From an uncultured Candidatus Saccharibacteria bacterium (lineage in GTDB: Bacteria > Patescibacteriota > 4484-211 > JAGQKX01): a stretch of DNA of 64,000 nucleotides. Below, piece by piece: positions 56,064-64,000 of this stretch. Position 1 is the stretch's first letter. Each line of letters starts with the position of its first letter. The stretch is from NCBI GenBank assembly GCA_964392315.1, contig CAYMOT010000003.1:67665-131664 (forward strand). Reading direction: 5' to 3'. The notes below the pieces were generated by a model. That model was not told the DNA's origin. It was given only the letters and a program-made list of their open reading frames with translations, and did no database searches. The position numbers and the translations under genes were made by a program.

Positions 56064-56750
56064 ATGAATGATATAAGCCTTCCAGTTATTATTGGTGCGG
56101 GAATCATCGATAGTATTAACCCATGTGCAATTGGCGTTCTCGTCTTTCTCCTAGCCTATCTTCTTGAACAAACAAAAAAAGCAAGTGCGCTGTTGATACA
56201 TGGTCTTGTCTATGTTGCTGCAGTATTTATAACGTACTTTCTCGCTGGCCTTATCCTACTTCCCATTATTGATAAATTAGGAGAAGTATCTACAACCCTG
56301 TATGTGGTGCTTGGTGCAATCGTAACCTTTGCAGGACTACTGGAGATAAAAGATTTCTTCTGGTACGGTAAAGGCCCAAGCCTTGCCATAATCCCCGGTG
56401 CTGCTGAACGAATCAAAATATACACAAAGAAAATATCAGGCAATCTGCTCTCTACATTTGGACTTGGAGTATTTGTGGCACTGGTAGAACTCCCCTGTAC
56501 TGGTGCGGTGTATCTTGCGATCCTCTCATTGATGACGCTCTCTGGAGTGAGTATGAGCAACGTAACTTTTTTGATTCTTTATAACTTCATCTTTGTATTA
56601 CCCCTTATTATCATTCTTTTTGCCATGTATTTCGGCGTTAGTGCAGAGACATTTGAAAAGTGGAGAAAGAAAAACCGCGGACTGATGAGACTTTTTATCG
56701 GATTGGTGCTTGTTGCAATGGGTTTGTGGATGATACTGTATCGACTCTAA
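56064..56750 (+). CDS. ccdA: CcdA/DsbD-family cytochrome c-type biogenesis / thiol-disulfide transfer membrane protein
   Basis: 228 aa with six TM helices and conserved Cys in NPCAIGVL (TM1) and ELPCTGAV (TM4). Confidence 0.7.
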   Translation: MNDISLPVIIGAGIIDSINPCAIGVLVFLLAYLLEQTKKASALLIHGLVYVAAVFITYFLAGLILLPIIDKLGEVSTTLYVVLGAIVTFAGLLEIKDFFWYGKGPSLAIIPGAAERIKIYTKKISGNLLSTFGLGVFVALVELPCTGAVYLAILSLMTLSGVSMSNVTFLILYNFIFVLPLIIILFAMYFGVSAETFEKWRKKNRGLMRLFIGLVLVAMGLWMILYRL

Positions 56751-57866
56751 TTAAAACCCGCGTGTTACTTCATATACAATACCAGCGATAAATACCGCCG
56801 CAACCAAAACATACCACACTTTCTTTGCCGCAGTGATTGGTACGTGTTTTTGGGATGCCATTTTAAAATATATGGCGATAAGTAACGCACCGGTTAGCCC
56901 TACCGTTATCCCACCACTGATCTCGAGTACTTTTACGATCCCCAATCCACCCGTTAGAAATAGTAGCATCGGTGGATAGAGCGCAAAAAACCATCCAAGC
57001 GGACCATGAATTTTTAAATCTCTGACAAATAGATCCTGTGCAACACGCGAAAGACTAATGTACGAAGTCGTCACTGGTAGAAGCGCAACGAGCGCGATAT
57101 ATTTCACCATATCTGCTCCAAAGACGCTCGTTAGCCCAACGACCGCATCTTCGCTCACCTGCTCTCCGGTGATACCAAGTATTACAGTCGAAAACACCAC
57201 ATACACCAACGCAACAACGCCAGTACCCATGATAACCGCCTTCCGTAATGATCGCCGGTTGTACCGTGTAATTTCTCCTACTTCGGGAATGATTGAATAA
57301 CCAGAAAATGCAAATAGTAGTACCCCGTATGGCAGCAATACTTCAGAAAGTTTTGTTGACGTTATATCAAAATGCTGCGGTGAAATATACGCAATTCCCA
57401 CAATACTCAATACGGTAATAAGCACTAAGAGCACTCCCACCATAATACTTTGTAATTCCGAAAACAGTTTCATATTCATAAGACCAACCAGGGAGATCAC
57501 CAAAAAAAAGAATAATGAGTAATAAAATTCGGAAAGAAAAGGAAACGCAGTATTCAAAAATATCCCTCCTTGGATAATATACGCAAGACACGCACCATAC
57601 GCGCCTACCAAAAGCGCAACAGTTGCTAATATCTTACCGGTCTTTCCAAAAAATAGCCCTGCATATCCGGCGAATTGATGTTTGCCTTTAACATGAAGCA
57701 GCACTTCTACATAGAGCAAATTGATGGTTACGGTGAGCACCAATGCTATGACGAGCAACGTAATCGCCGGAACAAGCCCACTTCTACTAAATGTATACGG
57801 AAGCGCCAAAATACCAATGCCAATGGTCGCAGCAATGAGTGTAAAAGACGCGAGCAGTGTTTTCAT
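56751..57866 (-). CDS. Amino acid permease, HAAAP (Tyr/Trp-specific) family
   Basis: 371 aa with about 11 TM helices and an N-terminal ...IAATIGIGILALPYTF... motif, as in Mtr/TyrP/TnaB. Confidence 0.65.
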   Translation of the reverse strand: MKTLLASFTLIAATIGIGILALPYTFSRSGLVPAITLLVIALVLTVTINLLYVEVLLHVKGKHQFAGYAGLFFGKTGKILATVALLVGAYGACLAYIIQGGIFLNTAFPFLSEFYYSLFFFLVISLVGLMNMKLFSELQSIMVGVLLVLITVLSIVGIAYISPQHFDITSTKLSEVLLPYGVLLFAFSGYSIIPEVGEITRYNRRSLRKAVIMGTGVVALVYVVFSTVILGITGEQVSEDAVVGLTSVFGADMVKYIALVALLPVTTSYISLSRVAQDLFVRDLKIHGPLGWFFALYPPMLLFLTGGLGIVKVLEISGGITVGLTGALLIAIYFKMASQKHVPITAAKKVWYVLVAAVFIAGIVYEVTRGF

Positions 57867-57927
57867 ACGATATTAGTACTAGAAGCCATTTCAAAACCTG
57901 ACAATGGACGCGAGCGAGATAGAAAAA

Positions 57928-58032
57928 ATGTGCTGGCATCAACGTCGATGTCCTAAACACAACACGATATGCTGGTGCGATTTGATGACGAACATTTTTT
58001 CCTATCTCTACAAGCGAACCTCTTGGTTTTGA
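57928..58032 (+). CDS. Small Cys-rich peptide, copy 2 (34 aa)
   Basis: MCWHQRRCPKHNTICWCDLMTNIFSYLYKRTSWF; conserved with copy 1 at both the amino-acid and nucleotide level. Confidence 0.4.
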   Translation: MCWHQRRCPKHNTICWCDLMTNIFSYLYKRTSWF

Positions 58033-58040
58033 AATGGCTT

Positions 58041-59048
58041 CTATTTAACCAAATTCTGAGGTGATCCTGTGATGAAAGCTTTGATGTTTTCAACGGTAGT
58101 TTGCAAGTTACGAAAGTGCGCCTCCTTCGTGTTAAAGGCATTATGTGGTGTAACGACAACATTATCTTGTTCAAGAAGAATATGATCCTCGAGCACACTC
58201 CGCATCTCTTCTTCAGTGTGCTCCTCTGACAAAAATTGAAGTTCATTTTTTAAGAACTCCTCACCCTCCAACACATCAATCCCAACTCCCGCCAACCGTC
58301 TATCGTGCAGTGCACGTACGAGTGCGTCAGTCTCTACAAGTCCACCACGAGCAGTGTTAATAAGATATGAACCCTGCTTAAAATGCGCTAACCGTTCTTC
58401 ATTAATAATGTGCGCCGTATGTTCGTTGAGTGGTAAGTGCAAAGACACGACATCACTTTGACTGAGTAGCTTGTCCAGATCTGGCTCATATTGGAAATGA
58501 TACTGTGTAGAAAGCGCAGGATCTGGATGAATATCATATACCAGCACGTTCATACCGAAGCCGTTAGCAATTTGCGCGACATGAATACCGATATGTCCAC
58601 CACCCACCACTCCCATTGTTTTCCCCATCAAGTCGACCCCTTGCAGGCCTTCATACGTGAAAGTACCGTCTTTAACTCGCTCATATGATTCGGGGATTTT
58701 TCGGGTTAAGGACAGGAGTAGTGCAAAAGCATGTTCTGCGACAGTATTCGATCCATAGAATGGAACGTTTGCAACCTTGACATCCCGAGCTTCGGCCGTA
58801 GCTAAATCGACATGATCAAACCCAGTGGAACGGGTGGTGATAAAACGAAGTTGGGGAAAATTTTTAAACTGCTCTGCGTCAAATTTTGATGTGACAAATA
58901 TCGAAATTGCTTCGACATCCTCCAACGATCGATCTTTTGAATACTCGGCCACTGTTTGAGAAGTAAATTCTACCGTATGACCATTAAGTTCCTGGCGTAC
59001 ATAATCTTCATGGTCGCCGATTGTGTAGTCAAAAAATATAATTTTCAT
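58041..59048 (-). CDS. D-isomer-specific 2-hydroxyacid dehydrogenase (D-lactate dehydrogenase-like)
   Basis: 335 aa with NAD motif GVVGGGHIGIHVAQIANGFGMNVLVYD and a catalytic R/E/H arrangement. Confidence 0.8.
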   Translation of the reverse strand: MKIIFFDYTIGDHEDYVRQELNGHTVEFTSQTVAEYSKDRSLEDVEAISIFVTSKFDAEQFKNFPQLRFITTRSTGFDHVDLATAEARDVKVANVPFYGSNTVAEHAFALLLSLTRKIPESYERVKDGTFTYEGLQGVDLMGKTMGVVGGGHIGIHVAQIANGFGMNVLVYDIHPDPALSTQYHFQYEPDLDKLLSQSDVVSLHLPLNEHTAHIINEERLAHFKQGSYLINTARGGLVETDALVRALHDRRLAGVGIDVLEGEEFLKNELQFLSEEHTEEEMRSVLEDHILLEQDNVVVTPHNAFNTKEAHFRNLQTTVENIKAFITGSPQNLVK

Positions 59049-60058
59049 GTGTTTATACTGCCAATCACAGATGGTTGTAGATCAGCATTCTCTCTAAGAA
59101 TATCCTCCAATGCTGCCCGTGACAAGAGCTGTCTAGAAGATCCATGTCTACCAACGACATACGCAGATTCTGCGGCCCCCCAACGCAGCGCTTCGGAAAG
59201 GGGCAAATTCTGAGTAAATGCGGCAATAACCCCTGCAGTAAATGCATCTCCTGCTCCAGTTTTTTCTACGAGCTTAGTAGGAAAAGGAGCAATATGATAC
59301 ATGTCGGTACCTCCTGTTGCATATGCACCATGTGCTCCGTCGGTTATAAACGTCGTTGCAATTCCTAAGTGAGCAAAGAATGCTAAGAGCCCGTGTATCT
59401 GTGTCACGCGGTCAGCCTCAATAACTTCATAGCCCATAAGATTAGCAATTTCTGAGGCTTCTTCGAAATTTACAAAAAGCGCCTGAGTTCGCTGAAGCAC
59501 TGTTTTGAAAGCCGAACCTTGTTTTATCTCACGCAAGCTGGGATTGTATGCTAATTGTATCGTAGGATGGTGCTCACAATACTCAAGCACGCGATGGTAT
59601 ATGTCTTCAAATGGTGTAAAACCTATTGATGTAAGAAATATCCACTTCGGCTGGACCTGTTGAAATTCCTGGGCAGGAAATTGATATTTTTCTCCACTGT
59701 GGTAGCCAAGAATGGTTCGGTCACCTTGCACATTGAGAATGACAGACACACTCGTCTTCGCTACCGGAACTACGTATGTATCATCAACGCTGTTTTTCTG
59801 TAATAACGCTCGCCCATAGGATCCAAAAACATCTTCACCGAGCGCCGAGACGAGGACGACTTCAATCCCGAGTGCATCAAGCCCGGCACTCACGTTATAT
59901 GCGTTTCCTCCGAGTCCTGACTCCATGCGCTCCGCCTCATATTTTGCACCCCACAGAAGACACATCTCCTTTTGGTTATGATCGGTATGAATATGAGCTT
60001 CAGGAATATCCATGTATATGTCTACGATTGAATGGCCGATAGATATGACATCTGGCAT
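59045..60058 (-). CDS. PfkB-family carbohydrate kinase (ribokinase-like)
   Basis: 337 aa with C-terminal GAGDAFTAGVIAAF; 4-bp overlap with the downstream gene. Confidence 0.75.
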   Translation of the reverse strand: MPDVISIGHSIVDIYMDIPEAHIHTDHNQKEMCLLWGAKYEAERMESGLGGNAYNVSAGLDALGIEVVLVSALGEDVFGSYGRALLQKNSVDDTYVVPVAKTSVSVILNVQGDRTILGYHSGEKYQFPAQEFQQVQPKWIFLTSIGFTPFEDIYHRVLEYCEHHPTIQLAYNPSLREIKQGSAFKTVLQRTQALFVNFEEASEIANLMGYEVIEADRVTQIHGLLAFFAHLGIATTFITDGAHGAYATGGTDMYHIAPFPTKLVEKTGAGDAFTAGVIAAFTQNLPLSEALRWGAAESAYVVGRHGSSRQLLSRAALEDILRENADLQPSVIGSINT

Positions 60059-60085
60059 AGTAATTTGGTTACTGTATCAAAAATT

Positions 60086-61093
60086 TTATGTATGCGAAAC
60101 GAATTTCTCCACCGATGCAGCAATTTTTTCAGCAGTCAAGCCAAAATAATCAAGCAACTCCGATGCTTCCCCTGATTGCCCATACACATCAGGTACCCCT
60201 AACCGTAGGAGAGGAACCGGCACGTGCTCACCCAAAGTCTCAGCTACTGCACCACCCAACCCGCCGGTAATCTGGTGCTCCTCGACCGTAACCACCTTTC
60301 GAGTTTTAGCAGCAGATGCGCATATCGTATCAATATCGAGTGGTTTAATTGTGTGACTATTAATCACTTCTGCATGAATTCCTTTGCGTGCTAATACTTC
60401 ACTTGCCTGTAGTGCTTCATATACCACGGGCCCACATGCAATAAGCGTTACATCCGTCCCTTCCCGCGCCACAATTGCCTTGCCAATGACAAACGGCGCA
60501 GATTCCTTGGTAAATACAGGAGTTTTTTCACGCGTAAATCGTATATACACCGACGTATCCCAAGAGACAGCAGCAAGTACCGCGCGGTATGTCTCTAAGG
60601 AATCAGCGGGTGCGAGCACGGTCATCTTGGGTATAACACGCATGATAGCGATATCTTCAAGTGCTTGATGTGTTGCCCCATCCGGTCCAACGGACACCCC
60701 AGAATGCGCACCGGCAATAATTACTTTTTGTTCGTTATATCCAAGTGTTGTACGAACCTGCACCCAAGACAACCCAGGACAAAACATCGCGTACGACGCA
60801 ATAAAAGGGATTTTCCCCACTGCAGCAAGACCAGAAGCCACCGTTGTCATATTCTGTTCCGATACACCCATTTCGATGAATCGTTCAGGAAACTTTTCCT
60901 TAAATGCTAAAGAACGGGTTGATTCGGTTAGATCCGCACAAAGTACCACCACATGCGGGTTATCCTCACCTGCTTTGACGAGCGCATCACCATAGCCATT
61001 GCGGGTAGGTTGTTGGTCAAGTGCGACTCGATCAGTCCAATTGTCAACTAAATATTGAGACGTGTTCATACGTATTGGCTTATCTAAAAACAA
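60086..61093 (-). CDS. Transketolase, C-terminal subunit
   Basis: 335 aa; the pyrimidine-binding and C-terminal domains of a split transketolase. Confidence 0.8.
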   Translation of the reverse strand: MFLDKPIRMNTSQYLVDNWTDRVALDQQPTRNGYGDALVKAGEDNPHVVVLCADLTESTRSLAFKEKFPERFIEMGVSEQNMTTVASGLAAVGKIPFIASYAMFCPGLSWVQVRTTLGYNEQKVIIAGAHSGVSVGPDGATHQALEDIAIMRVIPKMTVLAPADSLETYRAVLAAVSWDTSVYIRFTREKTPVFTKESAPFVIGKAIVAREGTDVTLIACGPVVYEALQASEVLARKGIHAEVINSHTIKPLDIDTICASAAKTRKVVTVEEHQITGGLGGAVAETLGEHVPVPLLRLGVPDVYGQSGEASELLDYFGLTAEKIAASVEKFVSHT

Positions 61094-61096
61094 TTA

Positions 61097-62011
61097 TTAC
61101 TCGTGTTCACCTCTAATTTTTCCACCTAATGTCCGTAAATCATGTAATGCCTCAACGACCTCACCAACATTATCTTTAAGACCAGGTGGATTACCGTGCC
61201 AGGTGTAGTCACGTTCCATGTACTCGACACCTTTTCCAGGAATGGTGCGACATATTATCACTGACGGCTGATTGTAAATAGCTTTGGATAAGTTAATTGC
61301 GTCGATAATCTCTTCCATATTGTGACCATCAATTTCCTGCACATGCCAATTAAATGCCTTGTATTTTTCTATCAGTGGCTCAAGTGGCATGATGTTTTCG
61401 GTATACCCATCTATCTGAATATTATTGCGGTCTATTAAAACCGTCAGATTGTAGAGTTTATATTTACCCGCAAACAAAATTGCCTCCCAGGTGTTTCCTT
61501 CCTGGTGTTCCCCATCCGACAGAAGCGCGTACACCCAGCTCTTCTTTCGATCCATGAGAAATCCATACGCCATGCCTGCAGCTTGTCCCAATCCCATCCC
61601 TAATGGACCACTCGTCGACTCAAGCCCAGGCAATGATGTCCTATGCGGATGTCCTTGCAAGCGCGTGCCAAATTTTCGAAGGGTCATTAATTCTGGTATA
61701 GGAAAAAATCCTGCATGCGCCAACGTTGTGTACAGAACAGGACAAATGTGTCCATTTGAGAGAACAAGTCGATCGCGTTCATCCCATGTCGGATTTTGTG
61801 GGTCATAGGTCATTACTCCGCCAAAATATAACGCAGTAAACACATCTGCCATACCGAGTGGACCAGCAGAGTGCCCAGATCCTGCTTCATATAACATTTT
61901 GATGATATCGATTCGGATATCATTTGCCTTTTGCTGTAATTGTGTCAAAGAAAAATCACTCATTCTGTAACGTATCGAGCAAATAGAGAACCTCACTCGG
62001 GCTATCAACAA
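61097..62011 (-). CDS. Transketolase, N-terminal (TPP-binding) subunit
   Basis: The GDGEHQEG-type TPP/Mg motif (LSDGEHQEGNTWEA) is present. The probable start is MSDFSLTQ at about 61964. Confidence 0.8.
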   Translation of the reverse strand: MLIARVRFSICSIRYRMSDFSLTQLQQKANDIRIDIIKMLYEAGSGHSAGPLGMADVFTALYFGGVMTYDPQNPTWDERDRLVLSNGHICPVLYTTLAHAGFFPIPELMTLRKFGTRLQGHPHRTSLPGLESTSGPLGMGLGQAAGMAYGFLMDRKKSWVYALLSDGEHQEGNTWEAILFAGKYKLYNLTVLIDRNNIQIDGYTENIMPLEPLIEKYKAFNWHVQEIDGHNMEEIIDAINLSKAIYNQPSVIICRTIPGKGVEYMERDYTWHGNPPGLKDNVGEVVEALHDLRTLGGKIRGEHE

Positions 62012-62522
62012 TATGGTACAGTTTTTGGAAACCTCTATTCACCTCTTCTTCACGAATCCGCATATTAGCGGCAAACGCTTCCATTATGTCGTGCCAATAT
62101 GCCCCATACAAGATGAGGTGCTTATGCTTACCGAGATACAAACGGCCCAGCGCCCATGCCATCCCAAACTCAGATACTGTTCCCGTCCCTCCATTAAAAA
62201 TTACATATATATCAGCATCTTCCATAATACGAAGTGTCCGTTCCACATAACTGTTTGTTTTTATTTCACTATCAATGGGATTAGATGGGTCACGTCCTTC
62301 AAATTGAGGCATATCGGCCGGATAGAATGTAATGCCAATAGCTTTCCCTTTCCCTGCATGTGCTCCAAGTGTGGAAGCTTTCATAACACCAGGCCCACCA
62401 CCATTTATAATGGTATACCCATTATGGGCAAGCAATTTGGCAGTTTTAAATGCCTGTTTAAATTCTTCATCCGAGGGAACTGAGTCAGCAAATCCCAAAA
62501 AGGCTACTTTTTCTATATGCAT
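61956..62522 (-). CDS. LOG-family (TIGR00730) Rossmann-fold nucleotide-binding protein
   Basis: 188 aa with GGGPGVMKA and GGTGTVSEF motifs. Confidence 0.7.
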   Translation of the reverse strand: MHIEKVAFLGFADSVPSDEEFKQAFKTAKLLAHNGYTIINGGGPGVMKASTLGAHAGKGKAIGITFYPADMPQFEGRDPSNPIDSEIKTNSYVERTLRIMEDADIYVIFNGGTGTVSEFGMAWALGRLYLGKHKHLILYGAYWHDIMEAFAANMRIREEEVNRGFQKLYHIVDSPSEVLYLLDTLQNE

Positions 62523-62525
62523 AGG

Positions 62526-63206
62526 TTATATAACTGCTTCTTGTAATTCTTGAATCGCGGCTAGTGGATCTTTATCTGCGAAAATATCACTTCCTACCGC
62601 AAGTATGGATGCACCAGCTTCAACCAGTTGTGCAGCGTTTTCACTATTTACACCACCATCTACTTCTATATCAACGTGAGGCGCCAATTCTTTTAGCTTC
62701 CTAATGCGCGCAAATATATCTGGATTGAGCGGTGTCCCTCCTTGGATTCCAACCTCATGAGCCATCAAAAGCACTACATCCAAAGATGGTAACAGCGACT
62801 TTTCTAAATGAGAGAGTGACGTGTCCAAATTTAATGCAAGACCAACACTTAATCCATACTCAGCTACCTTTTCCACAAACGCTACTTGATCTTCCATTTC
62901 TTCGATATGCCCGATAATTCTCTCTACCCCTGCCTCTGCCCACGCACGCACTTGTGAAGCGGGATCAACTACCATTAAGTGCACTTCGAGGCCTACCTGT
63001 GTATCTATTTCCCGTATATACCGCGCTTCACAACAACTCACTTCGGGCGAGAAATATCCATCCACATAATCGATCTGTACACGATCAACATGTTGTTCGA
63101 CTAGCTTAAGCTTCTCTTCAAAATCGTCGATGTCATCAGTTAAAATTGCCGGAATTATTTGTATAGACATAGTAAGCATTAATAAACAAATATCCAAATA
63201 AACCAA
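62526..63206 (-). CDS. rpe: Ribulose-phosphate 3-epimerase family
   Basis: 226 aa TIM-barrel. IIPAILTDD, ...HLMVVDP... and a C-terminal GG..N pattern are present. Confidence 0.65.
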   Translation of the reverse strand: MVYLDICLLMLTMSIQIIPAILTDDIDDFEEKLKLVEQHVDRVQIDYVDGYFSPEVSCCEARYIREIDTQVGLEVHLMVVDPASQVRAWAEAGVERIIGHIEEMEDQVAFVEKVAEYGLSVGLALNLDTSLSHLEKSLLPSLDVVLLMAHEVGIQGGTPLNPDIFARIRKLKELAPHVDIEVDGGVNSENAAQLVEAGASILAVGSDIFADKDPLAAIQELQEAVI

Positions 63207-63258
63207 TAAGCAAATGCATTATTTCAATTTACTTATGTGTACTATTTGCTTATTCTTA
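63181..63258. repeat. AT-rich repeat element (TATTTGCR family)
   Basis: aataaacaaatatccaaataaaccaataagcaaatgcatt...actatttgcttattcttaacc between rpiB and rpe. Confidence 0.5.
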
Positions 63259-63261
63259 ACC

Positions 63262-63714
63262 TCATCCCACCATCTCTTCATGTTCCTTAATCTTGTCAAG
63301 ACGACGCAAGTGACGTTCTTCTCCTGAGAACTCAGTGGTGATAAACGTGTCCACGATTTCATACACTGCATCCCTATCGACATAATCAGCAGCAATACAC
63401 AAGACATTTACGTTATCATCTTGTCGTGCGGCACGAACCTGTTCTGGCGTCATGGCGAGCCCAGCCCTAATTCCCTTTACCTTATTTGCAGTCACGCAAA
63501 TCCCCACGCCCGAACCACAAAGCAATATTCCAAAATGTTCTCCTTCTGTATCTACTACTTGGTTTGCCACCGGGAACGCAAAGTCTGGGTAGTCATCGTC
63601 CTGGTTGTACTCAACATTACCCAAGTCACGAAACTCGTACCCTTGTTGGTCAAGGTACTTTTTAATCTCTTCTTTGAGGGCAAACCCTCTGTGATCAGCG
63701 CCAAGGTAAATCAC
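63262..63714 (-). CDS. rpiB: Ribose-5-phosphate isomerase B
   Basis: 150 aa with MIYLGADHRGFALKEEIKKYL and GSGVGICVTANK, both RpiB/LacAB hallmarks. Confidence 0.85.
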   Translation of the reverse strand: MIYLGADHRGFALKEEIKKYLDQQGYEFRDLGNVEYNQDDDYPDFAFPVANQVVDTEGEHFGILLCGSGVGICVTANKVKGIRAGLAMTPEQVRAARQDDNVNVLCIAADYVDRDAVYEIVDTFITTEFSGEERHLRRLDKIKEHEEMVG

Positions 63715-63753
63715 GTTATACTCATTGTAGACAGATCACCACGGGGAGTCAAA

Positions 63754-64000
63754 CAATGGAAACGAGTCGTATAATGGACCAGCTTCCACACCCATACTAT
63801 TACCGCTATAATGCTTACCATGGTTATCCGAAACTTTGAGAAACTTGCATCCTCTCCACTCCGTAAAAAAACCCTCGAAATTATAGAGGCAGGCTACGAA
63901 GCTATCCAAACGGACAATGTCATTACTGCAAATTTGACACTAGACAATACAACATTACATATCAAAGAGCAGACATACGATTTACATACGTTTGAGAATA
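63754..64000 (+). CDS. Partial ORF (5' end only), hypothetical
   Basis: METSRIMDQLPHPYYYRYNAY... runs to the window edge; the function cannot be called. Confidence 0.35.

Overview
The window is mostly housekeeping bacterial DNA at roughly 40-50% GC. Code-11 ORFs are long and uninterrupted, and I found no rRNA, tRNA or CRISPR array. Protein calls rest on motifs I recognise in the supplied translations; nothing was searched against a database.

Genes I can support:
- Cell-envelope and division genes: uppS, tsaE, a VanZ-like gene, an FtsE-FtsX-M23 peptidase operon, prfB and lgt.
- Translation genes: secA, serS next to a serB-like phosphatase, tgt, an RsmB-like methyltransferase, lysS, and two tandem greA genes.
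- Redox genes: a SufS-like cysteine desulfurase, a DsbA-like protein, a class I disulfide reductase, and a TRASH-CcdA pair.
- A pentose-phosphate block at the 3' end: D-2-hydroxyacid dehydrogenase, a PfkB kinase, a split transketolase, LOG, rpe and rpiB.
- An LPXTG-type sorting signal and a LysM-like C-terminus, which point to a Gram-positive-like envelope. The lineage could be Patescibacteria/Saccharibacteria-like, but that is a guess.

Accessory content:
1. A GC-rich (~60-65%) island at about 11.5-14.4 kb, plus an islet at 8.95-9.6 kb, encodes a lipoprotein and small secreted proteins. Two of the genes carry a duplicated 5' leader that contains an anti-SD/SD hairpin.
2. A frameshifted NYN-domain gene.
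3. A cluster of very large low-complexity proteins (712, 662, 863, 765 and 355 aa), each paired with a small acidic helical protein of 107-135 aa. One block sits directly upstream of secA.
4. An AT-rich Type I restriction-modification operon read hsdM-X-hsdS-Y-hsdR-Z, where X (227 aa), Y (384 aa) and Z (199 aa) are unknown genes joined by start/stop overlaps. I rank this as the most likely undescribed defence module.
5. A putative AbrB/PIN-like toxin-antitoxin pair.
6. A conserved small Cys-rich peptide ORF present in two copies.
7. A dispersed family of 8-bp tandem repeats (TATTTGCR)n in intergenic spacers, including one MITE-like palindromic copy.
8. A LysRS fused to a YqeK-like HD domain.
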